64,000 nt of DNA from contig CM075995.1 of the NCBI GenBank assembly GCA_038087875.1, forward strand, positions 10,728,001-10,792,000. Reading direction: 5' to 3'. A program made the translations under genes and the position numbers. The stretch comes from Malacoraja senta. Lineage: Eukaryota. This document shows positions 23,401 to 35,400 of this stretch, piece after piece (within the stretch, counting starts at the first letter, position 1; the number at the start of each line of letters is the position of its first letter). Under the pieces are notes generated by a model. The model saw nothing but the letters and a program-made list of their open reading frames with translations, searched no databases and was not told the origin of the DNA.

Positions 23401-26400
23401 AATACATTTTATTTATGGGCGCCTTTCAAAAGTCTCAAGGACACCTTACAAAGTTTAACAAATACTAGAAACATGTAAGCGGAATGAAATAAATAGTAAA
23501 GACATCACGAGTACACAAATTAAAGAGAGAATTCAATCCAAAAACAAAAATCAAAAACACAATATGGAAGAGAGAGCAGCGGCTGCTAAAGCGCACCAGC
23601 GTCCACTCTCCCCTCCGGCAGCCGAGATACAGATGTGGGCAGATCATTGGTAGATGGAGTTTCCTCTGAGTAAGTTTGAGATGTTGCACTTTGGGAGGAC
23701 AAATGTAAGGGGAGCCAATTAACGCTAAAATCATAAGAATCATTTGTGTACAGAGGCTCTTGTGGTCCACCTCCATAACTCCCTAAAAGTGTCAACACAA
23801 GTAAATAGGTTAAAAAATAAGGTACATTATATGTTTGCTTTCAAAAGTCAGGTCATTGAGTACACAGAGGGTGATGGATGCCTAGAACACGTTGCTGGGA
23901 ATGGTGATGCAGGCAGAATTGATAGTGTTTACGCTGCTTTTGGCGAGGCACATTGTTGTGCAGTTAATGGAGGAATATGGATCATGTGCAGGCAAAGGAG
24001 ATTAGTTGAACTTGGCATCAAGTTCGGCACAAAGGACCTGTTCCTCTGCTTTACTATTCTATATTCCACGATCTCAGTACGCAGCAGCCTTGCCGGCGCC
24101 CATGGTTCAGAATATTGTGCAATCAGGGGCACGGACTGTTCAATTAGATCGTAGGGTCGCGGAAACTATTCACAGTGAGATCCTCGAGACACGGACGCTG
24201 TTCAAAATGAGATCATAGTCATAGAGAGATACAGTGTGGAAACAGGCCCTTCGGCCCAACTTGGCCACACCGGCCACATGTCCCAGTTACACTAGTCCCA
24301 CCTGCCGCGTTTTGTCCATATTCCGCCACATCTGTCCTATCCATGTGCTTGGTAGGAAAGAACTACAGATGCTTGTTTAAATCGAAGGTAGACACAAAAT
24401 GCTAGAGTAACACAGTGGGACAGGCAGAATCTCTGGAGAGAAGGAATGGGTGACATTTCGGCTCGATACCCTTCTTCACACTGTACTTGTCTAACTGTGG
24501 GATAGTTTGGGATAGTCCCTGCCTCAACTGCATCCTTTGGCAGCTTGTTTCATACACCCACCCCACTTTGTGTGAAACAGTTATCCTCAGATTCCTATTA
24601 AATCTTTTCCCCTTCAGCTTAAACCAATGTCCTCTGGTCCTCGATTTACGTACTCTGGGCGAGAAACTCTGCAACGATCCGATCTATTCCTCTCATGATT
24701 TTATACACCACAATAAGATCACCCCTCATCCTACTGTGCTCCAAGGAATAGAATCCCAGCCTACTCAACCTCTCCCGATAGCTCGGACACTCTAGCCCTG
24801 GCAACATCCTTATAAATCTTTGCTGTACTGTTTCCAGCATGACAATATCTTTCCTATAACATGGTGCCCAGAACCGAACACAATAGTCTAAATGTGGCCT
24901 CATCAACGCCTTATACAACTGCAACATGACCTCCCAAATTCTGTACTCAATAATCTGACTGATAAGGATAATGTGCCAAATGCCTTTTTGACCGCCCTAT
25001 CTACATGCGACTCCACCTTCAAGGACATATGGACCTGCACTCTTATATCCCTTTGCTCTACAACACTCCCCAGAGCCCTACCATTCAGTATGTAGGTCTT
25101 GCCTATGTTAGACTTCCCAAATTGCAACACCTCACATATGGTATTAAATTCCATCAACCATTCCTAAGCCCTGCTGGCTAACCAATCAAGATCCTGCTGC
25201 AATTTTTCACAACCATCTTCACTCTCTGCAAAACCACCCCCTTTTGTATCATCAGCAAACTTGCTAATCTTGCCATGTATGTTCTCATCCAAATCATTAA
25301 TGTAGATGACAAACAGTAACATGCCCAGCAACGAACCCTGAGGCACACCACTAGTCACAGGCCTCCAGTCCGAGAAGCAACTTTCCGCCATCACCCTCTG
25401 CTTCCTTCCATGAAGCCAATTTTGTTCCCATTCAGCTATCTCTCCTTGGATCCCATGTGATCTAACCTTCCAGAGCAGACTACCATGTGAAATCTTGTTG
25501 AATGATTTGCTGAGGTCACAATGATATCTCATCTCTTTCAGCTGTGCCACCATCCGTACGCCTGATAAAAGGGTCACCTACCACTGTAACGGTCTCGTCG
25601 GTCGGTATGTGAATATCATAATTCCCGGCTCGAGGAGAATCCTAACACTATGTGAGGTGGAAGTCTTTGGTACAAAGATCCTGTCATCGAAAGGTATAGA
25701 ACATACAAACATAGAAAAATAGGTGCAGGTGTAGGCAATCCAGCCCTTTGAGCTAGCACCGCAATTCAATATGATCATGGCTGATCATCAAAAATCAGTG
25801 TCCCCCGTTCCTGCTTTTCCCCCCATATCCCTTGATTCCTTTAGCCCTAAGAGCTAAATCTAACCTCTCCCTTGAAAACTTCCAGTAAGTTGGCCTTCTG
25901 TGGCAGAGAATTCCATAGATTTACAACTCTCTGTGTAAAGAAGTATTTCCTCATCTCAGTCCCAAATGGTCTATCACTTATTGTTCTGGACTCACCAACA
26001 TCGGGAACATTTTCCCTGCATCTAGCCTATCCAATTCTTTAAGAATTTTATATGCTTCCATAAAATCCCCTCCCATCCTTCTAAATTTCAGTGAATACTA
26101 GCCCAGTTGCCCCATTCGTTCATCATATGTCAGTCCCGCCATCCCAGGAATTAACCTGGTGAACCTAAGCTGCACTCGTTCCATAGCAATAATGTCCTTC
26201 CTCAAATTAGGACACCAAAATTGCACACAATACTCCAGGTGCGATCTCACCAGGGCCCTGTACAACAGGAGTAAAACCACCTTGCTCCTAAACTCAAAAT
26301 AAGGGGTAGGCCATTTAGAACGGAGATGAGGAAAAACATTTTTACCCAGAGAGTTGTGAATCTGTGGAATTCTCTGCCTCAGATGGCAGTGGAGGCCGAT

Positions 26401-29400
26401 TCTCTAGATGCTTTCAAGAGAGAGTTAGATAGACCTCTTCAAGATTGCGGAGTCAGGGGATATGGTGGGAAGGCAGGAACGGTGTACTGAATGTGGATGA
26501 TCAGCCATGATTACAGTGAATGGCAGTGCTGGCTCGAAGGGCCAAATAGCCTATTCCTGCACCTAATGTCTATTGTCTATTATCCTCTTGCTCTATCTCC
26601 CCCATAAGCCCAAAAAACAATCAAATCTGCTTAACCTTACCCGCTGCCTCGAGGATATAAAGTGTTGGATGGCCCAGAACTTCCTCCAACTAAACGAGAG
26701 TAAGTCTGAGGTCATCCTTCTCGGCCCCTCGGACTCAATCAAAATGATACCAGGCAGCCTTGGAAGCTTTACCCCACTACTCAAACCTCACGTCACAAAC
26801 CTTGCCATGATATTTGACACTGAAATTTGACAAACAAGTCAATGCCCTGGTAAAAGCTAGCTTCTTTCAGCTTCGGACAATAGCTAAAATAAAACAATTC
26901 CTCCACTTTGATGACCTCGAAAAGATCATCCACACATTTATCTCCTCCCGCCTAGATTACTGCAACTCCCTTTACACTGGCATCAGCCAATCTTCCCTGT
27001 CCCGCCTGCAACTGGTCCAAAATGCCGCAGCGAGACTCCTGACGGGCACCCGAAAAAGGGACCACATCACTCCGATCCTGGCCTCTCTCCACTGGCTCCC
27101 TGTGCGGTTCCGTATACATTTCAAGATCCTCCTCTATGTCTACAAAGCCCTCAATGGGCTTGCCCCCCCCCCTTACATTAAAAATCTTCTCACCCACCAC
27201 TCCACCTCCAGGTCCCTCAGATCGGCCGACTTGGGGTTGCTGAATATCCCGCGGTCTAGGCATAAGCTCAGGGGCGACCGCGCCTTTGCGGTTGCAGCTC
27301 CTAGACTGTGGAACAGCATCCCCCTTCCCATCAGAACTGCCCCCTCCATCGACTCCTTTAAATCAAGACTATACTCCCAAGCCTTTCTTGACGTCCTCTG
27401 AGCGAGGGCTATATGTATATATGTATGTAGTTTGTTTGTTTATACTATTCTTATAACAAATGTAAAGCACTTTGGCCAATGAGAGTTGTTTTTTAAATGT
27501 GCTATTTAAATAAATTTGACTTGACTTGACTTGACTCTTGCAATGAAGGCCAACATGCCATTAGCTTTATTCACTGCCTGCTGTACCTGCATGCTTATTT
27601 TCAGTGACTGATGTACAAGTACACCCAGATCTCGTTGCACCTCCCCTTTTCCTAATCTGACGCCATTCAGATAATAATCTGCCTTCCTGTTCTTGCCACC
27701 AAAGTGGATAACCTCACATTAACCACATTATATTGCATCAGCCATGCATCTACCCACTCGCCCAACTTATCCAAGTCACCCTGCAACCTCATTGCATTCT
27801 CATCGCAGCTCACACTGCCACCCAGCTTTGTGTCATCCGCAAACTTGGAAATGTCACATTTAATTCCCTCATCTAAATTGTTAATATATATTGTAAATAA
27901 CTGGGGTTCCAGCACAGAGCCTTGGGGCACCCCACTAGACACTACCTGCCATTCTGAAAAGAACCTATTAATTCCTACTGTTTGCTTCCTGTCTGCCAAC
28001 CAGTTCTCTATCCATGTCATTACCCTACCCCCAGTACCATGTGCTCTAATTTTGCACACTAATCTCTTGTGCGGGACCTTCTCAAAGGCTTTTTGAACGT
28101 CCAGATACACCACTCCACTGGCTCTCCCTTATCCATTCTACTTGTTACATCCTAAAACAATCACAGATGATTAGTCAAGCATGAATTCCCCTTCATAAAC
28201 CCATGCTGACTTTGACCGATCCTGTCACTGTTTTCCAAATGCGCTGCTATAACATCTTTAACAATTGACTCAAGCACCTTCCACACTACTGATGCAAGGC
28301 TAACTGGTCTATAATTTCCTGTTTTCTCTCTCCCTTCTTTCCTAAAAAGTGTGGTTACATTGGCTACCCTCTAGTCCACAGGAACAGATCCAGAGTTGAG
28401 AGAACATTGGAAGATGATCACCAATACATCCACAATTTCTAGGCCCAACTCCTTGAGTCCTGTGGTGCAGACCATCAGGCCCTGGGGATTTATCTGCCTT
28501 CATTCACAACAGTTTACCTAACACCATTTCCTGATTAATGTGGATTCCCTTCAGTTCCTCCCTACCACAAGATCCTCAGTCCCCTAGTATTTCTGGGAGA
28601 TTGGTTGTGCCTTCCTTAGTGAAAACAGAACCAAAATACTCGTTTAACTGTTCTGCCATTTCCTTGTTTCCCATTATAAATTCACCTGTCTCTGATTGTA
28701 AGGGATCTACATTTGTTTTCACTAATCTTTACCTTTTTACATATCTGAAGAAGTGTTTAGAGTCAGTTTTTATATTCCCCGCAAGCTTTCTTTCAAGTTC
28801 TTTTTCCGCCTCTTAATTAATCCCTTTGTCCTCCTCTGACTTCTAAATTTCTCTCTGTCCTCTGGTTTGCTGCCTCATCAGGCCAATTTATATGCATCTT
28901 ACTTGGATTTAACTGTATCCTTGATTTCCCTCGTTAGCCATGGTTGAGCCGCCTTCCCTGTTTTATTTTTTCGCCAGACAGGGATTCAAGATACAAGAGA
29001 GTTTATTGTCATGTGTCCCTGATAGGACAATGAAATTCTTGCTTTGCTCAGCACAACAAAACATAGTAGGCATGACTACAGAACAGATCAGTGTGTCCAT
29101 ATACCATTATATCAATATATACACACATATGAACATTTTTTGGAGTTCATCCATGCAGTTTTTAAAACTTTGCCATTGCATATTAACCGTCAACCCTTTA
29201 AGTATAATTTGCCAGTCTATCCAAGCCAATTCCCATCTCATACCTTCAAAGTCTCCTTTCTTTAATTTCACGACCCTAGTCTCTGAATTAAGCGTGTCAC
29301 TTTCCATCCTAATGCAGAATTCCACCATATTATGGTGACCAAGGGGCTTTGCACAACAAGATCGCTAACTAATCCTTCCTCATTATATAATACCCTGTCA

Positions 29401-32400
29401 AGGATGGCCTGTCCTCTGGTCGGTTCTTCTACATATTGGTTTAAAAAACCATCCAGTATACATTCCAGGAAATCCTCCTCATCAGCGCTGCTACCAATTT
29501 GGTTGGCCCAATCTATATGCAGATTAAAGTCACCCATGATAACCGCTGTACTCTTGCGACACACATCCTTAATTTCCTGCTTGATGCTGTCCCCAACCTC
29601 CCTACTGCTGGTTGGTGGTATGTAGACAACTCCAACAAGCGTTTTCAGCCCCTGGCTATTTCGCAATTCTCCCCATACCGATTCTACAGCATCCAAGCTA
29701 ATGTCTCTCCTTGCTGTTGCATTAATCTCCTCTTTAACCAGGAATGCCACTCCACCTCCTCTTCCTTTCTGTCTATCCTTCCTGAATATCCCATGCATGT
29801 TTCGCTCCCAGCCCTGGTCATGTCTCCGTAATTCCAACTATATCATATTCTTTAACTACTAACTGCACATTTAATTCATTTAATTCTTATTACGAATGCT
29901 CCTTGCTCTAAGGCACAAAGCTTTCAGGTTTGTTATTCTTATCTCCCTTCTACCTTTTGCTTCTGTCCTCCTTTTATGTCTCTCTGTCTCCTTGCATTGG
30001 TTTCCACCCCCCTGCCCTGTTAGTTTAAATGGGACCTTTCCTACACTCTCCTTCACGTTGTTGACACCATCTACCCCACCCCTCCCACACCCGTACTGTT
30101 TAGTTTAAACCCACCCGTGCAGCACTAGCAAACCTGCTTACTAGAATGTCGTCCCCCCTCCAATTAAGGTGCAACCCGTCCCTTTTGAACAGGTCACCCT
30201 GCCCCAGAAGAGATCCCAGTGATCTAGAATTCTAAAACCCTGCCCCATCCACCAACTCCTCAGCCACACATTCAGATCCCCTATCTCCCTGTTCCTCCCC
30301 TCACTAGCACGAGGTAATGGAAGCAACCCGGAAATAACCACCCTAGGTCCTGCTTTTCAGCCTCCTACCTGGTTATCTACACTCACATTGTAGAACATCC
30401 TTCATCTTCTTATGCACACCATTTGTTTCTTAATGCACAACTGCATCTGGCTGTTCACCTTCCCTCTGAGGATGTTCTTAAGTTGGTCTGAGACATCTTG
30501 GACCCTGGCACCAATGAAGCAACACACCTTCCCCGACACACCTTACATCTCCTGTCCGCACCTCTGACAATGGAGGGGTTGGAAACTTTCAGTGCACATC
30601 CTTACCCATCCCTCAACTGGTTGTTGCCCCGAGTGGACTGTGATCACCTCAATGACTGACTGATCCTCTGCTCAACAGTAAATCTGGCTTTGGGAAAGAA
30701 GGCCACCCAGTCCCATGCCAAGGACCTCGTCGTTGCTAACCGAGCCATTGACGGCAATAAGAACAGCAACGCAAAGGAGGGTTCCTGCACGCTATCTGAC
30801 ATCGGCAACAATCCGTGGTGGATGGTTGATTTAAAACAACCCTACTTTGTAACTTTTGTGCGAATCACCAACAGAATGGACTGCTGCGCAGATCACCTCC
30901 TGGGAGCAGAGGTTTATCTGGGTAACGATGGCTACGACAGCAGATTGTAAGTATTAAATGTCGAAGGTTGGGGACCCCAGATGTTCCCGCAGAGTCCCAA
31001 CTCATACATTGTCCATTTCCCTCCATTTCATAGAATCATACATGATCATAACAAGCACTTCAGGCCAACATGTACGTGCTGACTGAAATGGCCATTCTCA
31101 GATAGTCCTACTTGCCACATCTGTCCCATATTCCTCTGAACCTCTCCTATCCATGTCCCTATCCAGGTATCTTTTAAATGTTGTTGTTGTAACAGCCTCA
31201 ACTACCACCTCGGAAAACTCGTTCCATATACCCACCACCCTCTGAGTGAAAAGTTTGGCATTAGTTTCCTTGTAAATCTTTCCCCTTTCACCTTGAACTA
31301 TTTTCTAATTTTCCGAACCTGGGGAAAATATCTGTCCATTCACCCAATCAACAAAGACTCACACCGCACCGATCTTGCTGCTACCAGTGGAAGGAATGTA
31401 GAGGAGTCTAAAAACCGGGACCTCCCGGTTCAAGAACAGCTTCTGCCCATCAACTATCAGGCGCCAGAACATTGCACAACTCTGACCGCAGGAACTATAA
31501 TCTTCTACTGATTGTGTTTTTGGCTGCACTATGGCCTTCGATTTTACACTATTGTGGTTACTTGGTATTGCTGTTATCAATTCATAGAATTATTGATTAT
31601 ATATATATCTGTGTGTTACTGTGTTTACGAGCCCGTTAAGCTACAACAAGTAAGAATTTTGTTATTCTATTGCTGGTACATATGATAATTAAACAATCTT
31701 GACTCCATATATTACGATGGTCACGATAGCCAATGATGGGCAACAGAGTCGGTGCGCCCTGCCTGTCCCTGGGACCTGGATTCAGAAGACCGCAGAACCT
31801 CAACACTCGATTCTCATTGTGCAACTTTTTAATCTCCTTCAGATGTGGAGTTGTCGAAGTTGCCACCGCGGATACACTCTCCTTAAATTGTGGTGGCCGT
31901 ATTGGAGATTATGTGCACGTCATCATCCCGGGAGTGAATAAAAGCTTGGCTCTCTGCGAGGTGGAGGTCATTGGCTTGGGAGACAAGAGGTGAGACAGTA
32001 ATACCGTGAACCATTACGTGCCGACATGTTACAAGTTGTCCAGACCTGGCAATGGTTTTATGGGAAGTGGTTTTAGGAAAAAGTAGATCTGTGGACTGAA
32101 CATATTCAAAACTCACTGAGATGTGAGATTGGCACAGTATTGGTTTATTATTGTCACGCATTCTGAGATAGGTGAGAGAGGGACTGTGCCCACATATGCA
32201 CACATGGACGATATGTACCAGAGTACATAGTATAGCATTACAGAGACCGGGAAAATGCAAGTGGGTTCAAGAATAGAGGGAGGCAAATGGTTGAAAGCCA
32301 TTAGCCAGTTATCAATGTGCAGGAAGGAACTGCAGATGTTGGTTTAAACCGAAGATACGCACAAAATGCTGGAGTAACTCAGGACGTTTTGGGTCAAGAC

Positions 32401-35400
32401 CCTTCTTCAGACTGAAAGTCACTGGAAAGCGAAACGAGATGTAGACGATGATGTAGAGAGATATACAACAAATGAATGAAAGTTATGTAAACGAAGTAAC
32501 AATGATAAAGGAAACAGGCCATTGTTGAAAAAGTTCACTTAATAACAGACAAAGACACATAGTTAAGACCATTCAAAGCTTTAATTTTCACGTCCGACTG
32601 GTGTGATTCTAGGGACCCAGAGGCAACAGTGTTACGTCTGAGTTCTCCAGCAACACACACAGAAATATCAGAAAACCGGGGTTAATATACCCCCAGACTC
32701 AGTATCAATTGCATGAGGTGATGTCCAAGGAAACACCAGCCACCTAAAAATATGGAGTTGTTTTTCACTCTTTGCCAAAAGCTAGACATTCCAATGGCCT
32801 TAGCTGTACCCCACCGGCCCCTTCTTATCTGATTAAACTATTCAACTCGCCTAAAAAAACCTTGCCATGATATTTGGCCAAGTGTCCCACAATGCAATAG
32901 CAATTGCCATATTACAACAGGAAAGCTTAAATATGACGGCAACCGATAATAGTAATTAACTCTTTCATTGTTAGCTGTTTGCTAGGTGAGAACGAAAAGC
33001 TGGTGTGACTTGGGTGCGGCAAGAATGGAGAAAGAGGGAATGCAGGGGTTGCAGGAGATGCAACACCTATCCCTATATCTCCTCACTCGACTCTCTCAAG
33101 GGACTACAACAGTCCTTTCAGGTTAGGCAGATGTTCATTTTCTTCCCATTCCCACACTGATCTTTCCGTCCTAGGCCTCCTCCATTGTCAGAGTGAGGCC
33201 AAATGCAAATTGAAAGAACAGCATCTCATATTTTGCTTGGGCAGCTTACAACGCAGTGGTAGGATCTTGATTTCTCTAACTTCAAGTAACCGCTGCATTC
33301 CCTCTCTGTCCATTCCTCTCCACCCAAGTCACACCAGCCTTTCTTTCTCACCTAGCAAACAGCTAACAGTGGCCTGTTTCCTTTAACATTGTTACTTTTT
33401 GAATATATTTTTCATTCATTTGTTCTATATTGCTCTACACCATTGCCTATATCTCTCGTTTCCCTTTCCCATGACTTTCAGTCCGAAGAAGGATCTCGAC
33501 ACGATATGACATCCATTCCTTTTCTCCAGGGATGCTGCCTATCTCGCTGAGTTACTACAGTATTTTGTGTCTAGCCAGTTATCTTAACATCTATTATAGA
33601 CAATGGACAATAGGTGCAGGAGTAGGCCATTCGGCCCTTCGAGCCAGCACCGCCATTCATGGCTCATCATGTGATCATGGCTCATCATTCACAATCAGTA
33701 CCCCGTTCCTGCCTTCTCCCCATATGCCCTGACTCTGGTATCTTTAAGAGCCTTATCTAGCTTTCTATTGAAAGTATACAAAGTACCGGCCTCCACCACC
33801 CTCTGAGGCAGAGAGATTGTTGGAAAGATGCAAGCCTTGCATCAAGTGAAGAATACTGGTCAGTTTGAGAGGCTTAAAGCAATTAAAGCAATCTGTTTGT
33901 ATTCACGAAAGGAAGATGAAATCTGGCAAATTTGCTGCTTTACTTCAAGAATGGAACAAGCAAGGCTGCTTGAGTGCAGCTGATACTGTAGATGGAGAGA
34001 AAGTGCGGTTCAGAATGCATTTGACAAGTCACTTCAGACATCCTGTGCCTTGTATGCTGATACTGTAAGTGTGATAACATAGGATGAACACAAGTTGTTA
34101 GAAGCTGGACCGAGACAAGGGTTAACTGCGTCACATAAGACAGCATAGAATAGGAACGGACCCTTTGGCCTGCAATGTGAATCTAATCACTGCCTGCATG
34201 GGGTCTTTCCATTTCCTGCATATCCATGTGCCTATAAACCTCTGAAGTGCCACTGTCATATCTGCGTCAAGCATCACCCGCAGCGTGCACCGGGTACCCG
34301 CCATTCTGTGGAAAAGTCTTGCCCCGCAAACCTCTATTAAACGTTGCCCCTCTCACGTTATGTTCTCTGGTCTTCGACATTTTGATTTCCACCCGAGGAA
34401 AAGGTTCTAGCCAATCTATGCCTTTCCTAATTTTATACCCTGTTATTAGGTCTTCCCTCAACTTCTAGCTTTCCAGATTCAACAATCAAATCTATCCTAC
34501 CTCTCGATGTAACTAATACCTTCTAATCCAGCTAGCTTTCCGGTAATCTTTTGCACCCTTTCAATAGCCTCCACATCCTTCCTGTAACGGGGCGACCAGA
34601 ATAACACACTATACTCCAAATGCAGTGCAGTTCAGATTCAGTTTCAGTTTAATTTATTGTCACGTGTTGCGAAGTAGAGTTAAATTACAGCTTTTGTTGC
34701 ATGCTATCCAGTCAGCAGAAAGACAATACCAAAGCAACATAAAGGTGCAGCATGACCTCCAGACTCTTCTACACAATGTGTAGGAAGGAACTGCAGATGT
34801 TGGTTTAAATTTACCCCCACGCATAATGTGGCGGGACAGGCAGCATCTTTGGAGAGAAGGAATGGGTGACGTTTCGGGTCGAGACCCTTCTTCAGACTAG
34901 AGTTAGGAAAAAGGGAAATGGAAGATATGGACGGCGATATAGTGATGAGTCAGTCTACTCCACCACAGAAGTGGGGGGAGTTGTACGGTCTGATAGCCAC
35001 AGGGAGACAGGATATGCGGTAGCGTTCTGTGCTGCATCTTGGCGGAACCAGTCTGTTGCTAAATGTACGAAGGGATAGGAGAGTATGGCCAAGTGAAATA
35101 GGAATCAATATGAAATGTGCGGTGAGTAATGGATTAAAAGTATTATATATGAATGCGCGAGGTATAAGGAGCAAAGTGGATGAGTTTGAGGCTCAGTTTG
35201 AGATTGTTTGATATGACATTGTGGGGATTACCGAGACATGGCTGCAGGAGGATCGGGACAGGGAACTGAATATTCAGAATATCCAGATGAGGTGGGGTAG
35301 CTCTGTTGGCGAGGGATGAAATTCAGTCCCTTGTGAGGGGTGACATGGGGACTGACGATGTAGAGTCACTCTGGATAGAACTGAGGAAATGTAAAAAGGT

